Positions 19,829 to 27,252 of a stretch of DNA of 64,000 nt are shown in pieces. Every line of letters starts with the position of its first letter. The first letter of the stretch is position 1. The DNA is taken from positions 24,294 through 88,293 of the forward strand of contig JAGNJW010000008.1 of NCBI GenBank assembly GCA_018000455.1. Reading direction: 5' to 3'. The translations under genes and the position numbers were made by a program. The notes below the pieces were generated by a model, which did no database searches, was not told the DNA's origin, and saw only the letters and a list, made by a program, of their open reading frames with translations. Source of the stretch: Acidobacteriota bacterium (lineage in GTDB: Bacteria > Acidobacteriota > Vicinamibacteria > Vicinamibacterales > UBA2999).

Positions 19829-20840
19829 GCATGGTCCCTCCCGCCCCCACCAGCTCCACGGTTTTCGCTTTCGCGGCCGTTCTGACCTGGTACAGGCCAG
19901 GACGAAGCCCCCAGGTGAGCGTGGCGGCGGTCATCGCGCTCGGCGGCACCACCGTCGTCAAATCGCCGAGCACCAGAGTGGGAACCTCGCCGGTGAAGCT
20001 CACCACGAGCTCGTAGGGTGCGGCGAGCTGCGCCAGGCCTTCCACCAGCACGAAGTCGTCCTCGGCGCCGGCCGGAAACTCCGGTGTCTGCTTGTTGTTG
20101 GGGTTCTCGCCTTCGGCTTTGGCCTCGGCGTCCAGGGCATTGGTGACGAAGTTCTTCAGCAGCAGCCCAGTGACACGCCCCTGCGCATCCGCCGCCTTGG
20201 TCAAGCCGGCAACCAGGGCCTCGGTGAAGCGGCCTCGCACCTGGCCGCCGTTGGTCGGCGTGGGCCGCTCGCGCGATGCCATGGCGAAGCCGGTGGCATA
20301 GCCGATGAAAACGCGCGACGGCGGCGGGTTCAGTTTGGGATTCCAGGGCACGGGCCTCAGCGGCGCCGTCTGCTGCACCTCACGGCAGCAATCCATGAAC
20401 AAGACGATCTCCTTGAACAGAGCCGCCATTCGGAACCACTCGACGTACTTCTTCCCGGCGATGTGGTGGCCGGTGCGATCGCGTGTCGCGTTGGCCATCA
20501 GCAGGTTGACGTCTTCGGTGCTGCTGGCGAAACCGTGACCGGCAAAGAAGAGGTACAGCCGTCGGCCCCCGACCGAGCCGTTCGCCTTGGCCTCGTCGAG
20601 GATCCGTTCGAACGCAAGATCGATCGTGGCCTCGGTCGGGGTTGGACCCTCGGCGGTGGCGCCCGACACGATCGTCGTCACCCGGGCGGCGGGCACGTTG
20701 CCACCGGTCGGCGAGACCAGCCACTTGACGACCTCGAGCGCGTCGCGCTCCGGTCCCGCCAGGTCCTTCGAGTCGCCGTTGTCCTGGAGGCCCGGGTAGT
20801 GGTTGATACCCACGACCACCGCGCGATCGTCTGCTGCCAT
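19815..20840 (-). CDS. Caspase-like (peptidase C14 / orthocaspase-type) protease with C-terminal beta-sandwich
   Basis: VVVGINHYPG... is followed by a His in LYLFFAGHG (codon 20535..20537) and a Cys in VLFMDCCRE (codons 20385..20390). The C-terminal module reads LRPGLYQVRTAAK. Confidence 0.75.
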   Translation of the reverse strand: MAADDRAVVVGINHYPGLQDNGDSKDLAGPERDALEVVKWLVSPTGGNVPAARVTTIVSGATAEGPTPTEATIDLAFERILDEAKANGSVGGRRLYLFFAGHGFASSTEDVNLLMANATRDRTGHHIAGKKYVEWFRMAALFKEIVLFMDCCREVQQTAPLRPVPWNPKLNPPPSRVFIGYATGFAMASRERPTPTNGGQVRGRFTEALVAGLTKAADAQGRVTGLLLKNFVTNALDAEAKAEGENPNNKQTPEFPAGAEDDFVLVEGLAQLAAPYELVVSFTGEVPTLVLGDLTTVVPPSAMTAATLTWGLRPGLYQVRTAAKAKTVELVGAGGTMHVDI

Positions 20841-20844
20841 GGCC

Positions 20845-22998
20845 TCAGAACGGGTAGAGCGTCTTGATGAAGGCGATGTCGGTCGGCGACAGCGTCTTGT
20901 TCAGGCCCACCGACATCCCGTCGCTCGTGAAACGTGGATCGATGGGGTACATCATGATCGACTGTGGATCGGGCGTCGAGAACACCGTCAGCGACTTGTC
21001 GTAGGTGGCAAACAGGTTGGTGTCGACCTTCTCCTTGGTCCAGAAGTTGGGCGGTCCGGCGTAGTACTCGTAGACCACGTCCTTGTTCCACTGGATGCCG
21101 CCGAGCGGATGGTTGTGCTCGTGGATGCAGCCCAGGGCATGCCCGAACTCGTGCAGTACCACGCGCGCCACTTCGTCGTCGGTGGAATCGGCGCGTAGCC
21201 AGCCGAAGTTCATCGTCGGTTCAGCAGCGTCGATGCTGAGGCACTCGCGCCCGACATACGACCAGGAGCCGCGTCGCTGGAACGAAATCCGGATCGGCGC
21301 ATCGGCGGCGGTGCCGAAGGCCAGCTGGATGTTGGCATGCCGCATCCACTCCGTTGCCGCGGCCTGCACACGGGCCTGAATGGCGGGATCGCCGTCGAGG
21401 AAGCGGATGCGCAGGATCTGCCCGGGCGCCCACGTCGAGTCCTTGACGAGCGCCATGCGCTCGGTGCTCTTGGGCGGCGTGGCACGGCGGTCGATGCAGG
21501 CCAGGAAGTCGCCGGCATCGCTACCGCCGGCAGCCGCCAGCGGCGCCGGCGCCGATCGGTCGCCGGGGGGCGACTGGCCCGCGCCCTTGATGAAGCGTTC
21601 GAAGGCCGAGCGGACCACGACTGCGCCGTCGTGTTCGTCACGCGGCAACTGGGCCAGACGCGCGCCGCGCTCACGCGGCGTCTCGGCCATCTCGAGCTTC
21701 TTGGTCGTCTCGATGAGGCTGACCTGGAACTCCGAGAGCGGTTCGTGCGAAGCCTCGGCCTCGAGCGAAGCGAGCACGGCGTCGTCGTCCATGGCGGCGC
21801 CCGTGGAGGGCGCCATCGGCGCCGCAATCGGAGCCGGAGGCCGCGGCAGATGCGTCGGCGTGTCGGTGCGCAGCGTGTTCGTGAGGTTGCGCGTGAAGGT
21901 GTTGGCGTCGCGATCGCGCGCCGTGAGGAACGCCGGCAGATCGAAGATCTCCTTGACGGTCGCCGGCACCGAGGTGTGGTCGTAGAGCGTGTGGTCGAGG
22001 GTGCCCTTGGCCACGAACGGCGACACGATGATGGCCGGCACGCGCAAGCCCAGCTTGCGGAAGTCGCACGCCGGATCACCGCTGTTGAGGCCGTCGGGGG
22101 ACACGCAGTCGGGCGGCAGCACGTGGTCGTACATGCCGCCGTGCTCGTCGTAGGTGATGACGAGCAGCGTGTGCTGCCAGACTGGCGAGTTGCGGATCGT
22201 CTCGTAAACGTCGGCAATGAGCTGCTCGCCGAGCGCCACATCGTGCGGTGGGTGCTGGTCGTTGGCCTTGAGCCCGAGAAAGTCGAAGTAGCGCGGCTCA
22301 ATGAACGAGTACGACGGCAGCGAGCCCGACTGGCAGTCGAGCGCGAAGAACACCTGGAAGGTCTTGAAGTTCTTCTTGTAGGCCGGATTGCGCAGGCTGC
22401 CCAGGGTCACGCACTGCGGCATGTCGTGGAAGTAGACCGTCCAGTCTTCCTGGGCGGCCGTCAGGCTGTCGAAAATGGTCTTCATCGGGTAGTTGCGGAA
22501 CTGGTTGTCGTTGAAGCCGCCGGAGGTGGCGGCATGCACGAAGAACCGGTTCGGCCAGGTCTGGCCCGGCACCGACGAGAACCAACGGTCGCACAGCGCG
22601 AACTCCCGCGCCAGCGTGCTGAGCACGGGCAGTTTCTGCGGATCGAAGCACTTCATGATGCGCTTGCCGCCCTCGACGTCGTTGTCGGGCAACGACGCGT
22701 AGTCTTTCACGAACCCGATGCTCGTCTCGGCCGGCGGCGTCGCCGGCACCGTCGGCGAGTTGTAGATCTGCATGTTGACGTGCGTGTATTCGTGCGACGG
22801 ATCCACCGCCGGGTCGCCGAAATCGCCGAGGTAACGGGCGTCGTTCGTCACGGGCACCTTCGTCGAGGCGGGATCGGCCGGATCGACGCGGTTGAACTCC
22901 GCACCGGTCAAACCGTCGCCGCTGCCGAGGAACCCCAGCATGTGGTCGAACGAGCGATTCTCGAGCATGAGGACGACGACGTGACGGATGCTCGGCAT
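20845..22998 (-). CDS. Fusion protein: N-terminal phosphoesterase (phospholipase C / AcpA family) and C-terminal astacin-like zinc metalloprotease
   Basis: N-terminus MPSIRHVVVLMLENRSFDHMLGFLG is the PLC-type phosphoesterase signature. The C-terminal HEFGHALGCIHE (21118..21153) fits HExxHxxGxxHE, and SIMMY fits the Met-turn. No signal peptide is visible. Confidence 0.85.
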   Translation of the reverse strand: MPSIRHVVVLMLENRSFDHMLGFLGSGDGLTGAEFNRVDPADPASTKVPVTNDARYLGDFGDPAVDPSHEYTHVNMQIYNSPTVPATPPAETSIGFVKDYASLPDNDVEGGKRIMKCFDPQKLPVLSTLAREFALCDRWFSSVPGQTWPNRFFVHAATSGGFNDNQFRNYPMKTIFDSLTAAQEDWTVYFHDMPQCVTLGSLRNPAYKKNFKTFQVFFALDCQSGSLPSYSFIEPRYFDFLGLKANDQHPPHDVALGEQLIADVYETIRNSPVWQHTLLVITYDEHGGMYDHVLPPDCVSPDGLNSGDPACDFRKLGLRVPAIIVSPFVAKGTLDHTLYDHTSVPATVKEIFDLPAFLTARDRDANTFTRNLTNTLRTDTPTHLPRPPAPIAAPMAPSTGAAMDDDAVLASLEAEASHEPLSEFQVSLIETTKKLEMAETPRERGARLAQLPRDEHDGAVVVRSAFERFIKGAGQSPPGDRSAPAPLAAAGGSDAGDFLACIDRRATPPKSTERMALVKDSTWAPGQILRIRFLDGDPAIQARVQAAATEWMRHANIQLAFGTAADAPIRISFQRRGSWSYVGRECLSIDAAEPTMNFGWLRADSTDDEVARVVLHEFGHALGCIHEHNHPLGGIQWNKDVVYEYYAGPPNFWTKEKVDTNLFATYDKSLTVFSTPDPQSIMMYPIDPRFTSDGMSVGLNKTLSPTDIAFIKTLYPF

Positions 22999-22999
22999 A

Positions 23000-24283
23000 T
23001 CAGTACACCTTGGTGGAGATGGAGAAGAACCAGGTCGTCTTGCGACGCTCCCGGATCAGCCGGAAGATGTTCGGTTCGGCCGCGGCGTCCTCGCCCTCGG
23101 ATTCCTTGCCGAAGACCGCGCCCCCGCTGACCACGATACGACTGAAGAGCAGCACCGACGGACCGGCGAAGATCCGCCTGCCGGGCGCTCGCACATCGGT
23201 GCCGAGACTGAAGGCCGCGCCTACCCGGCTTTGTCGACGGTCACCGGTGACGTCGTCATTCGAGCCGTAGAGCTGCCAGCCGAGGAACAGCGTGTAGCCG
23301 ATGCTTCCAGCGGTGCTGCCCTGCTGCTGGAAGAGCTCCTCCTCGCCAAACGTGCCGGCCCGCTTCACCTTGTCGAAGGCCAGGTCACGCAGACCGGAGA
23401 AGGAGACGCCGCCGTGCACGACCAGCGGCATCGTCGACTGAACGAAGTAACCCACCTCGTCCACGGGCGTCACGCCGCCGGCTTCGTCGAGGGCCACGAC
23501 CGTGAAGGTCACGCGCGTGCCTGGTTGGCGCTTTCCGACGCGCTTGACCTCGATCCCGATGGCCTTGGCCGACAGCCGGAGGAAGATCTCGGCCCGTTCG
23601 CTCACCGCAGCGTGGAGCTCGGTGATGGCGCGGTACATCTCCCGCCGCTCGCCGTAGATCGCGGCAAAGGCCGCTGTGTTGGCCGGGTTCAGCAGGAAGC
23701 TCTGAAGGTCGGCGCGCGCCCGGCCGAGCACTTCCACCTGGCCGGCGATACCGGTCTTCGGCTGCGTGGTCTCACTGCCGCGCGCCCGGGCGAGCGACTC
23801 GGCCTGCGCCGCGGTCAGGCCGGTGGCCGTGTAGGGCCGCGCCGCCGCCGCAATCGCCGCGTCGGTGTCTAGCGACAGCGCGTACAGTGTCTGAAGCTTC
23901 TGGAGCAGCGGGTCGGCCGCCGGTGTGCCTGGAGCGCCTTCCGCGAGCACGCCAGCCAGCGAGGGGCTCAAGATGCTGCTCCACAGCTTGGCCAGGTATC
24001 CGTAGCTCTCCGACCGCTGTTCGGCCACGTCGAACTTGAGCGTGTAGCGCAGGAAGTTGAAGTGCTCGATGCAGACGTCGACCCGGTCGCGGTCGGTGAT
24101 CCGAGTCTCGATGGGCGGCGTCGTGCGCCATTCCCCCTCCTCGAACCGGACGGTGAACCGCGCCGTCGTGGAGACACGGTCGCCGCAGCTGACGGCGGAC
24201 TGCGCCGAGGCGAGTGCCGGGGTCAGGGCGGCCAATCCAACGGTCGCCACGATTGCTCTTACGATCGGACTCATGGTGGGCAC
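23000..24283 (-). CDS. Secreted hypothetical protein, C-terminal half beta-rich (possible outer-membrane protein); first gene of the operon
   Basis: ORF 23000..24283 has a GTG start. An alternative ATG at 24274 gives MSPIVRAIVATVGLAALTPALASAQ. The protein ends ...TTWFFSISTKVY. Its stop lies 1 nt before the ATG of the next gene. Confidence 0.65.
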   Translation of the reverse strand: MPTMSPIVRAIVATVGLAALTPALASAQSAVSCGDRVSTTARFTVRFEEGEWRTTPPIETRITDRDRVDVCIEHFNFLRYTLKFDVAEQRSESYGYLAKLWSSILSPSLAGVLAEGAPGTPAADPLLQKLQTLYALSLDTDAAIAAAARPYTATGLTAAQAESLARARGSETTQPKTGIAGQVEVLGRARADLQSFLLNPANTAAFAAIYGERREMYRAITELHAAVSERAEIFLRLSAKAIGIEVKRVGKRQPGTRVTFTVVALDEAGGVTPVDEVGYFVQSTMPLVVHGGVSFSGLRDLAFDKVKRAGTFGEEELFQQQGSTAGSIGYTLFLGWQLYGSNDDVTGDRRQSRVGAAFSLGTDVRAPGRRIFAGPSVLLFSRIVVSGGAVFGKESEGEDAAAEPNIFRLIRERRKTTWFFSISTKVY

Positions 24284-24744
24284 CCCCGGTGCTCGCGCAG
24301 CATCGATCCCAACTCGGGCATCACCATCATCCGCTGGTCACCCGAGGACGCACAGCACTCCCTGCTCGCCGGGCTGTCTACCGCCCAGCCGGCGCCAATC
24401 GCGATTCGCGGCCGGGCGGACCCTGCACCCTGCTGGACGGACCTACGGATGGGTTTTTCTGGCGCCGCCCGATCAGAATCCCGGCAGGTAGTCGTCGATC
24501 GCGCCGACGATCAGCACCTCGGCGCCGTCCACGGTCGTAATCTCGCCGTGATCGGAATCCTCGTCGGCATGATGGAAGTCGCCCGCGCGGCCACGCGCAC
24601 GGCCAGCTGATGCTGCTCGTTGGGGTCCGGTTGTCGGCTCAAACCGAGACATCCTTCGCACCTGCTTCGATCGCAACCGGTCGATGGCGTGCTTGCCACA
24701 CTGGAACAGCCGGGGGCTGGTCTTCCTGAGCCGTCGCGCCGCGG

Positions 24745-26412
24745 TCAGTCGCGCAGTCCGAAGGTAAAGAGCGCGTTGCCGGCGATGACCGTCACGTACT
24801 GCTTGCCCTCGACCATGTAGGTGACCGGGCCCATCACGATCTGGCCGCCGAGACTGGCCTTGAAGAGCAGGGCGCCGGTGCGGGCGTCGAGGGCCATGAA
24901 GTGGCCTTCGCGACCGCCGGTGAAGAGCAGGTCACTGGCCGTCGTGAGCATCCCAGCGTCGCTCACGTCGAACTGGCGCAGCTTCCACTTCGGCTGGCCG
25001 GTGTCAGGGTCCATGGCGACGACGGCGCCGTTGCCCACTTCGTCGGTCCAGTTGTTGATCGGGCCGCGGCGGCCGATGCCGATCGTTGGCGCGCCGGGCG
25101 CCGGCGTGACCACGCTGAAGCCGCCGCCGGTGAAGAGCTGGCCGGGCGTGTAGGTGGATTCCTCGGGACGGTAGATCGTGCCGTAGTTCTCCCACGCTGA
25201 GAAGTAGAAGAGGCCCGTGCGCGGACTGTAGGACGGCACATACCAATTGGTGCCACCCTGGTTGCCCGGATACGTGGGGGAGCCGGGCGGCTGCGGCGTC
25301 TGCTGCGGCCGGCCCACGGCGTCGAGACCGCTGGCCCAGTTCACCTTCACGAACGGCGTGCCGGCCAGGAACTCGCCGGTCACGCGGTCGAGCACGTAGA
25401 AGTAGCCGTTGCGATTGGCCCACAGCATCAGCTTGCGCGGCTGGCCCTTCCACATGCGATCGACGAGCACCGGCACCTGCACGGCATCGTAGTCGTAGGG
25501 ATCGTGCGGCGTGAACTGGAAGTGCCACCTGAGCGCGCCGGTGTCGGCATCGAGCGCGATCGCCGAGTCGGAGTAGAGGTTGTCGCCGGGCCGCTGCTTC
25601 GGGTTCCAGTCGGGTCCCGGATTGCCGATGCCCCAGTAGACGAGATTGAGCGCCGGGTCGTAGGAGCCGGTGACCCAGGCCGGTGCGCCGCCGGTCTTCC
25701 AGTCGTCGCCCTCCCAGGTGTCGTGGCCGGGTTCGCCGGGGCCGGGAATCGTGTAGAACTTCCAGACTTCCTTGCCGCTCCTGGCATCGTAGGCCGCGAC
25801 GTAGCCGCGGATGCCGTACTCGCCGCCGCCGACGCCCACGAGCACCTTGTCCTTGATGACGAGCGGCGCCATCGTGATCGAGTAGCCGGCCTTCACATCA
25901 CCCACGGCGACGTTCCAGCGTGCCTTGCCGCTGACGCGGTCGATGGCGACGAGCCGCGCATCGAGCGTGCCCATGAACACCAGATCGCCGAGGATGGCGA
26001 CGCCGCGGTTGTTGGCGCCGCAGCATACCTTGGCATCGGGCGAGGGCGTGTGGCGGTAGAGCCAGTAGAGCGATCCGGTCTTGGCATCCACGGCCATCAC
26101 GTCGTTGGGCCGCTGGGTGAGGTACATCATGCCGTCCACCACCAACGGATTCGACTGCCAGGCGCCGAACACCTGGTTCTGCACCACCCACTTCGATTCG
26201 AGCCGCGCGACGTTGGCCGGTGTGATCTGGTCGAGCGTGCTGTAGCGCTGACTCGTGTAGGTACCGCCGTAGGTGAGCCAGTTGTGCGGCTCACTCGCCG
26301 CTCGGAGCAGGCGATCGCTGGTCACCTGCGCATCGAGGGCGTAGGAGCCGGCCATGAGGGCCACGAGCAGCAGCGTGAATCCCACGCGCGGACGACCGTT
26401 GACGCGGCTCAT
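24745..26412 (-). CDS. PQQ-dependent alcohol dehydrogenase (methanol/ethanol family quinoprotein)
   Basis: Track ORF 24745..27048 is over-extended. The ATG at 26412 gives MSRVNGRPRVGFTLLLVALMAGSYALDAQ. Also seen: NWLTYGGTYTSQRYS, the vicinal Cys pair in DAKVCCGANNRG, and 8-bladed propeller repeats. Confidence 0.9.
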   Translation of the reverse strand: MSRVNGRPRVGFTLLLVALMAGSYALDAQVTSDRLLRAASEPHNWLTYGGTYTSQRYSTLDQITPANVARLESKWVVQNQVFGAWQSNPLVVDGMMYLTQRPNDVMAVDAKTGSLYWLYRHTPSPDAKVCCGANNRGVAILGDLVFMGTLDARLVAIDRVSGKARWNVAVGDVKAGYSITMAPLVIKDKVLVGVGGGEYGIRGYVAAYDARSGKEVWKFYTIPGPGEPGHDTWEGDDWKTGGAPAWVTGSYDPALNLVYWGIGNPGPDWNPKQRPGDNLYSDSAIALDADTGALRWHFQFTPHDPYDYDAVQVPVLVDRMWKGQPRKLMLWANRNGYFYVLDRVTGEFLAGTPFVKVNWASGLDAVGRPQQTPQPPGSPTYPGNQGGTNWYVPSYSPRTGLFYFSAWENYGTIYRPEESTYTPGQLFTGGGFSVVTPAPGAPTIGIGRRGPINNWTDEVGNGAVVAMDPDTGQPKWKLRQFDVSDAGMLTTASDLLFTGGREGHFMALDARTGALLFKASLGGQIVMGPVTYMVEGKQYVTVIAGNALFTFGLRD

Positions 26413-27179
26413 TGCACACCTCGCAGCGACAGGAGATAGGCGACCAGGTCGGCGACCTCGTCGGTCGAGAGCGTCTTGGCCACCGACGGCATCGGTGAGG
26501 TGGTGGCAGTGTTCATGGTCTTGATGTCGGCCTTGACGACGGTGGCGAGCTCGCCGGTGTCGGTGACGAGCTGCACCGAGAAGGTGTCTTCGTTCACCCG
26601 CCGCCCACGGAGGATCTTGCCGGCGGTCGTGACGATGGTGACCGGGCGGTTGATGGGCGGCATGGCGCGCGAGGGTTCGAGCAGCGCGCGCTGCAGGGCG
26701 GCCGGCGTGCGCAGGGCGCCGATGTCGCTCAAGTCGGGTGCGGTGAGCGGGCCGGCGCCGTGCACGCGGTGGCAGGTCGCGCAGGCGGCCTTGCCGGCAA
26801 AGAGCCCCTGTCCGCTCGCGATGTTGCCGACCTTGACGGCCGTGCCCTCGGGGTCGAAGCCGGCCCGGATCATGGCGATGATGCCGGTGACCTCGGCCGG
26901 CGCCAGGGAGAAGGCCGGCATCCCGGGGGGCACGCCCTTCGCGATGACCTGTGCCAGGTCGTCGTCGGTGACGGCGCGGCGGAAACGTCCGCGCCGCAGG
27001 TCCACCCCGGCCACCGTGTCGCCATTGGCGCCGTGACAGAGCTGGCACTGTGCGGCGTAGACACGCACGCCGGTGGTGATATCAGCGGAGCTGTAGGTGT
27101 GATCCTGGGCGGGGGCGGGGGCGGCTACCGCGAGCAGCAAGGTCAGGCAAAGTAGCGTCGGGCGCCGGAGTACGAGCAT
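26409..27179 (-). CDS. Dihaem c-type cytochrome (probable electron acceptor of the PQQ dehydrogenase)
   Basis: Internal ATG at 27179 gives MLVLRRPTLLCLTLLLAVAAPAPAQ. Two CxxCH motifs (CQLCH, CATCH). ATGA overlap with the dehydrogenase start. Confidence 0.85.
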   Translation of the reverse strand: MLVLRRPTLLCLTLLLAVAAPAPAQDHTYSSADITTGVRVYAAQCQLCHGANGDTVAGVDLRRGRFRRAVTDDDLAQVIAKGVPPGMPAFSLAPAEVTGIIAMIRAGFDPEGTAVKVGNIASGQGLFAGKAACATCHRVHGAGPLTAPDLSDIGALRTPAALQRALLEPSRAMPPINRPVTIVTTAGKILRGRRVNEDTFSVQLVTDTGELATVVKADIKTMNTATTSPMPSVAKTLSTDEVADLVAYLLSLRGVQ

Positions 27180-27252
27180 GGAGCGCACTTGTACCCGTTC
27201 GTCACCGGCCGTGCAACCCAATACCCACGGCTCACCCTGAATCCGTCGGATA

